From the human T2T-CHM13v2.0 reference genome, Homo sapiens: a stretch of DNA of 64,000 bases. The notes under the pieces are model-generated. The model had not been told where the DNA came from, ran no database searches, and worked only from the letters and a program-made list of their open reading frames with translations. The translations under genes and the position numbers were made by a program. Position 1 is the first letter of the stretch. Each line of letters starts with the position of its first letter. Below are positions 11,677 through 27,469 of this stretch, in pieces. The DNA lies in the NCBI RefSeq assembly GCF_009914755.1, contig NC_060937.1; one strand, given 5' to 3'.

Positions 11677-12225
11677 TGCTTCAGTTTTTTTTTTATTACT
11701 GCGTAATAAATTTTAAAAATAAAACCTACATCAAAAGACAACACATATTTACTATCTCACATTGTCTGTGGGTCAGATCCAGGCACTGTCTACCACGATC
11801 CTTTGCTGAAGGTCTCAGAAGGCTATAATCAAGGCATTGGCTGGACTGCATTCTCATCTGGAGGCAGGATGAATCCTCTTTCAAGCTTTTTAAGTGATTG
11901 GCAGACTTCATTTCTTGTAGGTGTATGACAAGGGCCCCAGCATTTGTTAGATGTTGGCAAGGAACTGCCTGCAGGTTCTAGAGGCCGTTGGCAGTTCCCA
12001 GAGGCTTCTCACAGTTCCTGGCCTCTTGGGCTTTTCCAATATAACTGCTTATATCATCAAATCAGCAAGATTTTTCTGAGCTCACCTGGAGCCCAGGCCC
12101 TCTTTTAAGCACTTTCACCTGATGAAGCCAGTCCCAGGCAGAACCATCTCTCTTTTGATTAACTCAAGCCTACTGATTTGGGACCTTCATTACATCTGAA
12201 ATGTCCCTTGACCTTTCCTTTATTT
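11677..12225 (-). mobile_element. MLT1D/E-like MaLR LTR
   Basis: caacacatatttactatctcac...ctgtgggtcag...aatcaaggcattggctggactgcattctcatctggaggc...gggaccttcattacatctg. Confidence 0.8.
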
Positions 12226-12679
12226 CTCTACCTATCTGGCTCTAAATATTTAGAGCTGCTTACTGCCGCATAGCTTGGATTATCCATCCATGTTGAATTT
12301 GAACTGTATTTATTAATGTAAGGGTGCTTTAACATCATATATGCGCATATGTATGTGTGCCTGTATATATTATATTTGAAAGGTGATAGGTTAGAAATAA
12401 ATTAAACAAACCAGCTCTTCTACACTTTCAACTGGGATTCCCCTAGGAATCTTGAAATCAACATTTCAGTATATTTTATCTTATTTTGAAAGTGAATCCT
12501 CTATTTGATATATTTTATATTGGTTAATTACACTAATATCCAATAGGAAACTGAGAGCTATTCTATATTAAACAGACCACTGTGCAGTTCTTTCTTAAAT
12601 TCCTTCTAATTAGTTAATTAATAAGAAACTTAATTAGAAGAAGGTTAAAAAAAAAAGTAGTGAGTTTTAACAAGTGAGG

Positions 12680-12820
12680 ACTTGTTAAACAGAGGTTGTT
12701 GGGCCTCACCTCAAGAGTTTCTGATCTCACAGGTCTGGAGTAGGACTTAAGATTTCCATTTCTACCAAATCCTCAAGAGATGCTGATGATGCTGGTTCCA
12801 GCACCAGCGCTGGGGATCCC
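12680..12820. mobile_element. MER5A-like hAT-Charlie MITE fragment
   Basis: cttgttaaacaga...agagtttctgat...caggtctggagtagg...catttctaccaa...gatgctgatgatgctggt. Confidence 0.75.
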
Positions 12821-13829
12821 TCTCTATTGCTCTGCTCCAAATTAAGTTGTGCCAGTGATGGAGAACACCTGGTCAAAATGAAGTCTGTTCATGAATTCTC
12901 AATTGTCAGGTGCCGGATGTTTTAAAGCAAGCTATAGGGATTAAGGGAACTAATGAGATTCTCTGTCGGATAATTTAAATGTTAGCATTAACAAGTCATC
13001 CCCAGTTGTGTTGAGAGCATGGGCTGGCAGACAGGAAAACAGCGGGCTAAGGAATCCATGTGAGCTTCAGAAATTATCAATAGGAGAATCTCTGAAAAAT
13101 CAGAAGCCAAGTTTGCGCAGATACAGAAAATCTAGTTAGCAGTAGCAGCAGTAAGAAAACCAAAAGACCTAGCAGAATGTGAATTAGTGTTTAAAGGAAT
13201 ATTTTCTCAATATGAGGTGGAGTGATGGAGAAGGGTGAGTAAAATGAGTTCCTAGAGCTGCGAAAGCTTTCTAGTTACTTCTGGTCTTCATGAGGCCCAG
13301 CTTTTCTGTGTTCCCCGTATTTTCCATGAATGCTTACCTTAAGCCTTTTCTCCAGGTTCCCCTGAAATCTACTTTATCAAGAATCCTGTGTTGTTACAGT
13401 AATGATATACATTTTAGACCACAAGCTCAAATCACAACAAACATGTCAAAATCTCAATCATGTACTTTCCTATTGTACTTCCTAATTGTCATATTAACAT
13501 AAATGCCTGGATGAATTTTTACTCATTGTAATCCAAGGAATCTAACATACGCACTCATCCTCCCTCACCTGGCCCCAATCAAATATACAAACTATCTTGA
13601 GCTCACTCAGGCACATCCATATTCTGTAGTAGCCTGCATGGCACAGGCTGATAGTAAATAGATGAGAGCCCAGCAGGACAACAGGTGGGAAAAGGAGTAG
13701 TTTAATGCACCCTTATCTAATACACATTCTCAATGCCTTACTAGTAATTAGAACAATGTTAGTGATAGATAATTAAATAGCACAAAGGGGACGAAATATG
13801 CCAGAATCTAAAGCCAAGATCAAAGTGCT

Positions 13830-14100
13830 GTTGTAGGCATTTCTCAGGTAAAGAGAGCATCACAGACAAATGTCTCAAGGCAAGAATATTTCACAGGCTT
13901 GTGTAGCTGAAGAGTGAACGGCTGAGAATGGCAAGAAAGGGCACGAAGGAGAAATGTGTAAAATGGAAAAGAGGTAGTGTAGGGCCTTGTGGGCCATTGT
14001 AAGAACTTTAGTTTTTACTCTGAATACTATAGGGAGTGATGAGGGTGTTTTTAGCAGAGGAGTTACACGATTTGTCTTCTTTTTTAAAAGATTGTTCAGA
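13830..14100 (-). mobile_element. L2a fragment
   Basis: gtagggccttgtgggccattgtaagaactttagtttttactctga...ttttagcagaggagt. Confidence 0.8.
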
Positions 14101-14609
14101 ATGTAAAGAGAGAGAGGTTTAAAAAAAAAATGTAAAGAGAACTGAGAATGCCTGTTTAATGAATGAGCTCATTATCTTTCTTTATGAGTAAAGGGAATGT
14201 TTAATAAGACAGTTGTTAGTTAGCATGTAGTCTAGACATTAAAAGTTACTATGATGATTTTGATAGCTAGGATCATTAGCTAATTATAACCTGATGCTTT
14301 CTTCTCTGTTACTGGGACTTAGCTGCCTGATAGATTAGAGAATTGAGTTTATGAGTCGGCGCATAAACTCTGGAACTGCAGCACACTGCCAAAATTGCAG
14401 GAGATGTTTAAATGGTGTTTCTCCCTCCAATTACGCACTTTTCAAATCAATGCTATGCATTATCTGTACATGAAGATCTTGAACTTTAGGTCCCGTCTTA
14501 TTCTTCAAGTTCTCACAGTTACCGACTTGCATTTTCCTTTCTCTGTTGCTTGTTTTTTGGTTATTACTAAAATAATTAAACCCTACCAATCTCCTAACAC
14601 AGATTAAAA

Positions 14610-14885
14610 TACTACTTCCTTTCTGAAGGTTTTAAAAAACTGCCCTAGTCAGGTTCAGAGGCTCCCTTCTTTGCCCATCGTATATACTTTACACACCCAC
14701 AGTATAACTTTTATCACATGTACTCTCATTTGTTTGAAATAGCAATGAATTCCATGAGAGCAGGATTAATGTCTTATCCAAATTTAATAAGTCTCCCAGG
14801 GCTGCAAGGCATGGAACATCACTTTGTGGCATATGCATAATATTGGAAGTTAATAAATATTTGTTCAACAGCTGAGGAATGAAGT
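14610..14885 (+). mobile_element. L2 3' end
   Basis: tccatgagagcagga...aataaatatttgttcaa...gaatgaa. Confidence 0.7.
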
Positions 14886-15542
14886 ATCCATTTGTTCTTT
14901 CCTGCTGGTTTGTTCAATGGCTTGTTATTCAGTACCTGGTACTTGTTCAATCTTGTGCCTTCCTCAAGTGAGATCTTATGTGTCACTGTAAATTACTAAA
15001 TTCAGAGGGAGTTCTTATAAATTTTCATGTGTCTCTTCCCAATAATGTTCTTTGTACTCTAAATGTGGCTTGATTAAGTTAGGTCAAAAGACTAATGATC
15101 TTTTTAAAATTTCAGTTTATCTTTAGGAATATTTTTAGTGTTCCAGAAAACACTTTGTAAAATGTAAAAAGCATTATACATTTGTAATTATTCTTGATTT
15201 TATTATTCAAAATAATTGCTTATAAAAACAATGAAAGAAAGAAGAGAGGACATTAATAGTAACCAACACATTACAACATGAAGAGGAACAAAAAGATACA
15301 TACTACATGACTTTTCAACTGGCAATATAGTACTTTGAGACCATCTGAGGACCGCAAAAATCAGTGCACATGTAATTTCTACCAATGATTAAAGCTTATC
15401 AAGAAAATGTTAAATTCTATCAAAATATTCTGATTAATAAAGGAAGAAATAGTGTTTAATCAGAAAGACTGCCAGCAAAATATAATTTCATTATAGAAAT
15501 AATGAGACTAGAAAAGTGACGTGCTTTAAAAAAGGTAAAGAA

Positions 15543-15850
15543 AGTCGGGCGCGGTGGTTCACACCTGTAATCCCGTCACTTTGGGAGGTCGAGGCAGGTG
15601 GATCACCTGAGGTCAGGAGTTCAAGACCAGCCTCACCAACATGGTGAAACCCCTTCTCTACTAAAAATACAAAAATTAGCAGGGTGTGGTGGCCGGCACC
15701 AGTAATCTCAACTACTCAGGAGACTGAAGCAGGAGAATCGCTTGAAAACCCAGGAGGTGGAGGTTGAAGTGAGCCGAGATTGCACCATTGCACTCTAGCC
15801 TGGGCAATAGAGCAAGACTCTGTCTCAAAAACAAAAACAAAAACAAAAAA
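15543..15850 (+). mobile_element. AluSx-like
   Basis: Full dimer with ggatcacctgaggtcaggagttc; (A5C)n tail; no clear TSD. Confidence 0.95.
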
Positions 15851-16254
15851 CCAGTACACACATAGATCTGTTATTAAAGTTGTATTCTGGTTTTCATACT
15901 GTGTCCCAGAGAATCTAAACAAACTTTTCATAAACATTGAAAATAACTGTTGCTTTGTCATATCGTAATGAGTTAAGTAATAATAATTATAATAACAGAA
16001 ATAAAGCATAGAAACATTATTAATTACCCTCCTAAAAACCTCAGAAAATCACTCCTTCAGACAAAATAAATACCTAGCACCTATTGCTGGTATGACTGGC
16101 TCCTAATGATGTTGTTTATGCCTTTTGTGTGCCGTATATGCAGCATTTTAAAAAACGTGTGCTCTTTAAAGATGTGGAAATGCATTCATTTCTTTTTTGT
16201 CCTTTCTTCTTTTTTTAAGAAAATATTTCTTAACTCTACAAATGTCTTTCAATT

Positions 16255-16287
<33 letters not shown>

Positions 16288-16289
16288 GT
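16255..16289. repeat. (TG)n microsatellite, interrupted
   Basis: Seen directly. Confidence 0.95.
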
Positions 16290-17184
16290 CTAGAGGAGAG
16301 AATGAGACTATCATTTTAAATAAGAAATACTTCACCATTTCACTATTACATGCACAATACAGAGCTCAGAAAAAAGTAAAAATATATAAGCTATAATGAA
16401 TATTTGTAAATATATCTGTTTTCTCTTATGGTAACTAGACAAAGTGGCAGATTAAGGATATTACACTGGCTTTGCTCTGCAACAATTGAGACAAAAACCA
16501 TATATTTTCCTAAAATATAAAGGCTAAGACATGGGATTTCTTGCAAAACTGCTTCATAAAGCTACAGATTTTATGTTTGGATTAAAGTAGGTTTTGCCTT
16601 TGGCGTGTTTTTCTTTGTTACTCTTTTTCTTTTTTCATAAAATTGTTCATGCAGCTGTTTTATTTTCAAAATACAGGCTACTCAATGCATTTTCCCATTG
16701 TTTAATAACTTATTTCATATAACAAATTCAACCTAGGACTCATACTACCATTTTCTATTTTCCTCTTTATTTGGCATGTCATAACAATATTGATTCAAGA
16801 AAATACCTAAACTCAATTTGAATATGAAATGTCAAAATTCAGAAGAAGAATGAGTCATATAGTGAACTTATTTAGACTATAGCAGATTAAATGAGCTTTT
16901 AAAGAAAACCTTTATATGATGCATTAATAAAAAATTTTTGACTGTCACTGTAGACCTTAGCATTGCTATTGCTATAAGTAAATTAAGCACATACTAAATA
17001 GAGTCTTAAAGTCTGAAAATTTTTTGAAAGAAATTTTTAATGCCCAATGTATTTTTGAGAAAGTTACATTTTATATCATAAATGGCATTAAAGGAAACAA
17101 TTTTACACTAAGACAAATTTAAATAAATGTAAAAATATGCAACAACTAAAATGTCAATATACTATTATCTAAAATATGATGACT

Positions 17185-17712
17185 ATCATTTCCTTTACCT
17201 ATTGCTGCATAATTGACTGTTCCAAAGCACAGTGCTTTAAAACAACAATCTTATTATTTTCATAAATTTGTGGGTCAGAAATTTAGGCAGAGTTTTACTG
17301 GGCAGTTTTATTCCATACAGCTTTGGTAAGGGAATTATCTCAGCTTATTCAATGGTAGCTAAGCTGGTGTGCAGTGTCCAAGAAGGCTTCTATTGTCTAC
17401 CTGCTTTGTTCAAAGGGGCATTTACAAAGCTGGGTTCAGCTGAATCTTTCTTTCTCTTCAAGACATCTCAGGTCTCTTGTAAACACTCTTTCCAGCAAGG
17501 TAGCGAGATTCATATAATAACTCAGAACTCCAAGAGGAAAAAAGCAAAAAAGGCCATTTCTCTTAAAGGCTAGGCCAATAATGAGCATAGTGTCATTTTA
17601 ACTGTATTCTATTAGTGACAGTCACAGGCCAGCCAAAATTCAAGAGGAGTGGACATCGCCTCCACTGCTCAATGGGACAAGAAGCAATAGATTTGCAGCC
17701 AGCTTTAAACTG
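17185..17712 (-). mobile_element. MLT1H-like MaLR LTR
   Basis: ctattgctgcataa...ttaaaacaacaatc...tgtgggtcagaaatttaggcag...gtcacaggccagccaaaattcaagagg. Confidence 0.75.
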
Positions 17713-18220
17713 TTCATGTGACATATTATTTCTCCCTGTCTTCTCTATGTACTGTTTTATTTAAAATGGAAAGATAATACCAAATTAAATGTGCATTTGC
17801 ATAGTGTATGATCTTTACATACTTTACAATTTTTTATTAATTTTGTGAGATTCTCAGTAATTATGATGAAAACCAGTACACCCTGAAACATATTTCAAAA
17901 CAAAAATTAATTAGAATCTGAATTTTTCATTGCATTTTCACATGTATGTCCCAGTCAAGAATACCAGAAGTAAAACAAGGAAACAGCATACAAAAAAAAA
18001 TTCTCTACCAGTAGAAGGGGAAATAAAGCTTCAAGAAAGGAATTGTGTGAAAATTCAGATGTAAAAAGGTGGTATGTGCTGATATGCATGTGTGTGTTTG
18101 CATCCTGCTTTATATTTGAATGGAACATAAATAGAGGAAGAGAGAGACAAAAATAAAAGACAGAGTAAAAAGGTGCAATGAAGAAGAAACATAATAGAAA
18201 GCTCAATTATATATACTGAT

Positions 18221-18739
18221 TGTGATGGTTAATATTGAGCTTCAACTTGATTGGATTGAAGGGTGTAAAGCATTGTTCCTGGGTGTGTCTGTGAGGGTGT
18301 TGCTAAAGGAGATTAACATTTGAGTCAGTGGACTTGGAGAGGCAGACCCACTCTCAATCTGGGTGGGCACCAACTTATCAGCTGCCAGTATGGCTAGTAT
18401 AAAAGCAGACAGAGAAATGTGGAAGGATTAGACTGGCTTAGTCTTCCACCCTACATCTATCTCCTGTGCTGGATGCTCCCTGCCCTTGAACATCGGACTC
18501 TGAGTTCTTCTGCTTTGTTACTTTTGGACTTTTGGCCACATATTGAAGGCTGCACTGTCTGCTTCCCTATTTTTTGAGGTTTCTGGGACTCAGACTGGCT
18601 CTCTAGCTCATCAGCTTGCGATGGCCTATTGTGGGACCTCACCTTGTGATCACCTATGTCAATACTCTTTAATAAACTCTCCTTTATATACGCATCTATA
18701 CTATTAGTTCTGTCCCTCTAGAGAACGCTGACTAATGTA
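18221..18739 (+). mobile_element. MLT2A1/MLT2A2 (HERV-L) solo LTR, full length
   Basis: Starts tgtgatggttaatattgag..caacttgattggattgaagg, ends ctctagagaacgctgactaatgta; exact TSD CTGAT at 18216-18220 and 18740-18744; TATAAAA at 18398; AATAAA at 18671. Confidence 0.92.
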
Positions 18740-19449
18740 CTGATGTTTAGAATTTTCTCTATTTACTCCATGTGATTTGTTGACAACAAGCAAAGAATAT
18801 CCCACAGTCATAGTTAGTGCTCTGAGAGTTTGAGTTAGGAGCCCTGAACTTTTGGACTCGGTGAGGTAGAAGAGATAACACTACTGAGCAAGTAGAGAGA
18901 GAGAGGCGAGGCTGTGGGTGAATTATTTCATGAGAGAATAGTTTACATAAAAGGAAAAATGGAGGAATCAGACCTTACCCTTAACATGGCAGAAAAAAAT
19001 GGTCAGTGAATTATTTTTTATTTTTAAGAACTGAGTGTGCAGAACTTAAGAGTTGGCAGATGTCTGATTCTGTATTTTTGAGGAAGAAATGCCATTAATT
19101 GATAACAGTACTTTTAAGTATCACAAAGCAGCATATATTAATTGCTAAATGAGTGGTTATCTGAAAACCTTCCTCTGAATTTGGAAGAAAGTGAAATGAA
19201 TAATGACTACTGCATCATGCATGGACTCCCTGAGATATGATTATTTTAAACTAGACATTAAAGAGCACACTTTGGTCATATAGAGCAATCTAGAAGGACA
19301 TCCCAGCTGAGGATAAAAGAATTTACAGAATTTTTCTGTCTCTACCTTAACTGACTATATAGATATTTTTCCATTATCTGTTTAGAAATTTTTAAAAAAT
19401 CAATGCTGGTTTGCATACCATTAAGTCAATTAGAAATTACTCATTGCTA

Positions 19450-21200
<1,751 letters not shown>

Positions 21201-21647
21201 TGTATTTCAAATTAGAGTTGGTGAAGTATTTTTTTTTTAATTCCTAAATGCAAACCGACAAGTTATGCTATCTAATGTGAGAAGCTTGTCCAAAAAGGAA
21301 GAAAGGAAGAAAAGAAGTAAAGGGTAAGGAGAAAAAAGAATTAAATAAACAAGGGTTTATTACCGAGTAAACAGTCATGTTTTTATTTATGTCATAGTAT
21401 AACCAAATACCCATACATATAGACCTACACACACACATAAGGTTTCAAGAAGGTGATAAATTGAATTTGGTATGTTTTCTTGTTGTGACTTTAAGTTTAT
21501 GCTTAATCTTATTATTTCAAAATGTAATTCTGACATAGATTAGCTATTATAAACAGAATTGGCATTAAACCAAAAAGTAACGTTTTCAATTTCTAATAAT
21601 AGAAGTGACTAGAGTACACTAAATTTAATTTTAAGGCATTAACTAAA

Positions 21648-21688
21648 CACAGACACACACATATATATATACACACACACACACACAC
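21648..21688. repeat. Compound (CA)n(TA)n(CA)n microsatellite
   Basis: Seen directly. Confidence 0.9.
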
Positions 21689-22424
21689 TGCATAATAGAT
21701 GATTAACTATAATTGTTTTCCTGAAGAAAATATATATTGATATTAGAATTAAAGACCGCCAGGAGTAAAATGCTGCTGCCAATATTAGCAATAATAAATT
21801 GTAATAAACTCATCATTGAAGACTTTTCATGATTAGAATGTACATAAAAACAGATTAGGATGTTTTTCAAAAAATAAGCATTAGGGATTAACATTAGTGA
21901 TAATTATCACTTCTGTGTGATAGTTTGTATTTGATAAATACTGGATGATTGACATCTCAAAGATACATGTGCATAACTTTGATATATATACATATAATGT
22001 CAAAAAAGTATTAAAGTATACATTTTTACTAGTTTTGAATACTAAGAAAGTATTCAAAAATATTCTACCAAGTGTTTAACAAGGCTAGCAAACATATTTT
22101 TACCATTTTTCTCATCCTTTCATTTCTTCCCCCTATACTTTACTAAGCCTTAGGTCAAGCTATCAGGACTCAATAATGTGCTGTAGCGGAAATGTTGTCT
22201 TGTATACATAGTGAACCTAAAGTAACACATTGTTTTTCAAGATGAAACTGATTAAAATAAAATTAAAAAGGAAATTCATACTTTGAATTTCTCGACCTTT
22301 TGTAAATACTAAAAAGGACAAAACCAAGTTATGAGCAAATATGAGGTAAAAGAGAAAGGAATAAGAACAAAATCTCAAAGCTCTGGAAGACATACATTCT
22401 GTTTTAAAATACTAAAAAGAAGAA

Positions 22425-22767
<343 letters not shown>

Positions 22768-23732
22768 CTACTTAGGATTAACTTTATTTTTAGGTTGTAC
22801 ATTCTAATTACATGAAGGCTTCAAAGATGAATCCATCACTTCTTATCTTATTTTGTATTGGCAGACATATTCAACTCCTAGGACTATTTCCTTCTCACAT
22901 CAATTGAACTAAATCAATTAAGTCATCCTTACCTAACCTAATTAATGTGATAGCACAAGCAGAAAGCAAACTATTGCTTTTGAGTTTAGTTTTTAAAATG
23001 TCCTTCATAGTGAATAACGTTATTAATGGAAATGGAAGAACATATTTAAAATAACAAAACGAAACAAAATAAAAATATGATTTAACAGATTAAACATGGA
23101 ATGTATTTTCCTACTTAGTAGAAATCTGATGGAATAAAATGTTTCCCCTTCTTCACTTACAACATAATCCCTCTATTTTTAAGTTTAGTAAATCCTTTGC
23201 AAATGTGCAGAGTGAACATTTTCTCTGAATAACCCCTTCTGAAACCTTACTGTTTAGTCCAGATAGATGTGGATATAGGAGGGCCCTAGATAGATGCTTC
23301 TAAGTGATCAGTGATTGTCTTCTCATGTTGGTATGTAGAATTTTATCGCTTGTTTCTGGTGTATTGAAGTCATAACATTTATAGGCCTGAATCATATCAA
23401 TTTTTTTCCCAAAACACATTGTCTGTCAAGGTTTCAGATATGTATCTATACATCCGTTCTTTGTACCACAGTATTATTTGGCCTTGAAATTAGAAAGGCC
23501 AAAATAACCAAAATATCTACCGATTCTTCCTGCCTCCAGAGATGTAAAAATACACAGACATCAACACAGCTGCACTTAACACAATTCATGGTTTTGTCTA
23601 GGTAAAGGATCATAATCTTTGTAGATTCTTTAGTGGTGGATTGTCCTATTTCACTCAGTCTGTGGATTCAAGCTCTGACGAGAGCGCCTCCTCCACACCG
23701 CTCAGTTGTTTGTAGTATAAGAATGCAAAACA

Positions 23733-24044
23733 GGCCGGGCGTGGTGACTCACGCCTGTAATCTCAGCACTTGGGGAGGCCGAGGCGGGCGGATCACCTTA
23801 GGTCAGGAGTTTGAGACCGTCCTAGCCAACATGGTGAAACCACATCTCTACTAAAAATACCAAAAAAAAAATAGCCGGACCTGGTGGTGGGCGCCTGTAA
23901 TCTCAGCTACTTGGGAGGCTGAGACAGAGGATCGCTAAAACCTGGGAGGTGGAGGGTGCAGCGATCTAAGATCACACCATTGCACACCAGCCTGGGTGAC
24001 AAGAGCGAAACTCTGTCTCAAAAAAAAAAAAAAAAAAAAAAAAA
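23733..24044 (+). mobile_element. AluSq-like
   Basis: Full dimer, ccattgc and acaagagcgaaactc diagnostics; GCAAAACA on both flanks. Confidence 0.95.
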
Positions 24045-24379
24045 GCAAAACAAAGGTTTATTGGATAGCTGGACTAGTGTCTGGGAAAAAGAAAAAGATG
24101 GAAGTGCAGTTTCTCCCCTTATCAAATTATGATTCTGGAGGAAAAAAGGCAAGTAAACGAGAGAATGAATGGAGAGCATTGACTGGATGCCTACACTGAA
24201 ATCAGGAAGGCTTTCTGACAAGGACAACATCTGAGCATGGATTTGAAGAGTCATTTGGCATGTACCAGGCAAGGGATGGAGTGAAAGGACATTGTGGGGG
24301 TTGCTGGAAACATTTCAGAGCATAGAAATTTGAACAGGGATGGCTTGAGAAATCCCAAATACAACTCCACTATCTCCTA

Positions 24380-25200
24380 TCTTATAATCCTTATCTCAAT
24401 CCTAATAAATCTAAAATTAAAGTTTTTATTGTACCACCCATAGTTCTTCTCACACTTTCCCATATTAGATAATGGACCCATCATCACCTTTCAAGCAAAA
24501 ATATGAGGGGGAGTCAGTTTCAATTTTTCCTTTTCTCTCATCCCTCAGGATCAATGCATCACCAACTTCATGTTTCTGCCTCCAAAATATGTCTAGTATC
24601 TGTCCTCATTTTTCTGTTCTCCCAGCTATCCATCTAAGCCAGGACATATTAATTATTTAATTTAATAACTGCTATTTCCTTCTGTCTGGTCTCCATGCTT
24701 CTACTTTTATTCATCTACAAATTATATTCTACATGGCAGCAAGAGTAATTTCCTAAAAACATATATTTGATAAGGTCATGCTCCGTGTAAAACACTTAAA
24801 TGACCATATATTACAGCGCAGTTAAAATATAAACTCTTTACATTAATATACAACTTCTTAACTTCAAATCATTCATGCCACTCCCCAATTTATTATTTTT
24901 CAGCTGTATTATCCTTGGCTTTTCTCTATTAGACCACCAAGCCTTAGAATTTTGCACTTGTCACTCCACCCTGAGTCACACACAGTGCTTACATTGGGGA
25001 TGATGTAGTCCTTCTTTGATATATTGTTAAAAGTTTCTTCTACAGATCCACATAACTATTCTATACATGTATTTGGTATGTATCTAATGTTAAATTCAAC
25101 CTACGTGAGGGCTAGTCAAAATCAGCCTAGATTAACACTATATCCCTAGTACCTGCCATCATACTGCCAACTTAACATGTATTTGTTAAGTGAATGAAAA
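24380..25200 (+). mobile_element. L2 3' region
   Basis: tctgcctccaaaatatgtct...ctggtctccatgcttc...catggcagcaagagtaatt; ends tatttgttaagtgaatgaa. Confidence 0.75.
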
Positions 25201-25827
25201 TTAAACTTTCTAAAATCTTTATTCCATGTTCATTTTTCCCTTAAAAACTATATGGTAGTGTTGGTGAACTCACTGGTTGGCTAGTTTTGCTATAGGAAAG
25301 TCACGATTTGCATTAAGAAAATTATTGTAACAGCCCAGGAAGGGCTTTCTGTTTCCATAGCAGGGAGATACCCATCACCTCACTTGATATAAAGCCTGAC
25401 ATCAGGCAGATAAGGACCTTAAATTAACTAGTGGAAGAAGAGACAGCTGATGAAAGAGACTGATTTTAGGGATGGAAGTACGTATTCAGGTACCTTTATG
25501 GCTAACTCCTTTTGTTTCCATGCCATAGTAGACAGGAAAAGATTTTCTTGCTCTTAATTTTTTTTCCTGCTAGTCTCTACAGTACACACTGAAACTTGTT
25601 CTGTTGGTAGAGAGGAAGTGTTTTGATATGGGTGAAAGGAAATGCAAACAGTTACAGAGCTCATATCCTACATAAGTATAAGTCTAATGACTCGTTTTGT
25701 TATTAATTAAAGATTAAAGACTAAGGTAAGGAACAATCTGATTTACAAGAAGAGACACCAACATAAAATATTTAGGACTAGAGTCCTAGCTAGTAAGAGA
25801 ACTGTATATTGAACCACCATATCCATC

Positions 25828-25832
<5 letters not shown>

Positions 25833-25878
<46 letters not shown>
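25833..25878. repeat. (TA)23 perfect microsatellite
   Basis: Seen directly. Confidence 0.98.
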
Positions 25879-25881
<3 letters not shown>

Positions 25882-27469
25882 CAAACTCTCTGTAAGTCTT
25901 CATGGCCATAGTCAAAATCAATTTTTTAAATTTTTTTCCCGTATAACACAGGTTTGAAGATTTTTTATTGATATAATAAACACCACTAGAAATAAGAAAA
26001 TGTTAAGAAACTCCTCGATATTCAGAAAAGCACTCAATTTGGAACAGTCTTAGGTATAGAACAGTTTGCTAAAAATGATGATTTGAAAAGACACTAGTTT
26101 GAAAATATTCTGACTTGAAGAATTTGACCTTTAACTAATAGGTAGCGCAATCACTGTATATGAGAACTCATCTTTGACACAAACGTGGCTGACTATATGC
26201 AACCGAGGCAATGCTGCTGTTTTGCTAAATATTTTACCATGAAAATGTCTTATTATAAGTTGATCTGAAAAGATTTCCTGAGAAGGTTTCTTTGTTTTCT
26301 GATTTGTATTGTTTCTGTTTTTGTTGGCAGGGTGGGTGACTGAGTGTTAATGACTCGTGAAGGAAGGCAGGAAATTAAAATATAGGAAATGGCAAGGTAT
26401 TGGAGGGTATAGTCAAAGAAAAAAATAATGGAAAATCTTGGAAAGGGCAAAAAGAAAATCATGAACTTTGAGAGGAAAAGAAATTAGGCTTTCAGAATGA
26501 ATATCTTGTAGTTAGGCATTCAGGCCAGGGGCTGCCTTAGACGATGTCTCAAATTTGTGTCATTTCAATGCTTTTGGTTGCAGAGAATTTTGCTATGTAG
26601 ACTTATCCACAGCTTTAGTAGGACACATTGATTTGTAGTTATTGTGATTTGTATTCAAAGCAGGTTTTCAACGCAATCCTCATAACTGCAGTAAAGGTTG
26701 CTAAGTCAGAATGTTTCATCTTAATGAATAATTTATGTAACACTAAGTCACATGTTAAACTGTAAGAAGTACTATTGTCGGTGAACACTTTGGAATGTGA
26801 ATCTAGTTTTAAATTTCTACTTGCTTCAGTTGAAGAGAAAAAAAATATGAGTTTGGTTTATTTTCAAGGAAATCAGAAAGCTCTTGAAAAAGATAAAGCG
26901 ACTCCCATGACAAGTGCAGAGGATTCCATTTTACAGTTTCACATCTAAAAGAAACAAAATACTAATTGATAAACCAAGATTTAAAACCTGCATTAAATCT
27001 AAAAAATTACATAAAATACCTGCAGAGTGCAGAGGACTATTTAAAACTAGGCCAGACTAATAAATGTAATTTGAGGATAAATTAGACTTTCCAGATTCCC
27101 TTTGGTCTCAAACCAGGATATTGCAATCTACTCAAACAAAACTGTTGAACAGCCAAGGGTCTTGCTATTACTAGGCTTTTCAGCAGAAAAGGAAGCTCTC
27201 TATTTATCAGTGTCCATTTCCCTATTAGAGTAAAGCACTATATTTTCTTCTTCCATCCCTTGTTCAAATATTCCAGTCATCTCAAGGTTTTATAGAAATA
27301 AAATGCAACCACATATGTCAGCAATATTAGGAATATCTGATATACACAGTTAACTTTCACTGCTGGCAAAGTAAGTGCACAATAAATATTTACCAACATG
27401 CATGTATATATTTAGACATATACACAATAAATGTAGCATTCCTCCCAATGCAGAGTGATTAGAAAAATA

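Noticed and set aside
12603-12640. 10-bp inverted repeat cttctaatta/taattagaag
   Set aside because: Very AT-rich, so chance is plausible and there is no further support.
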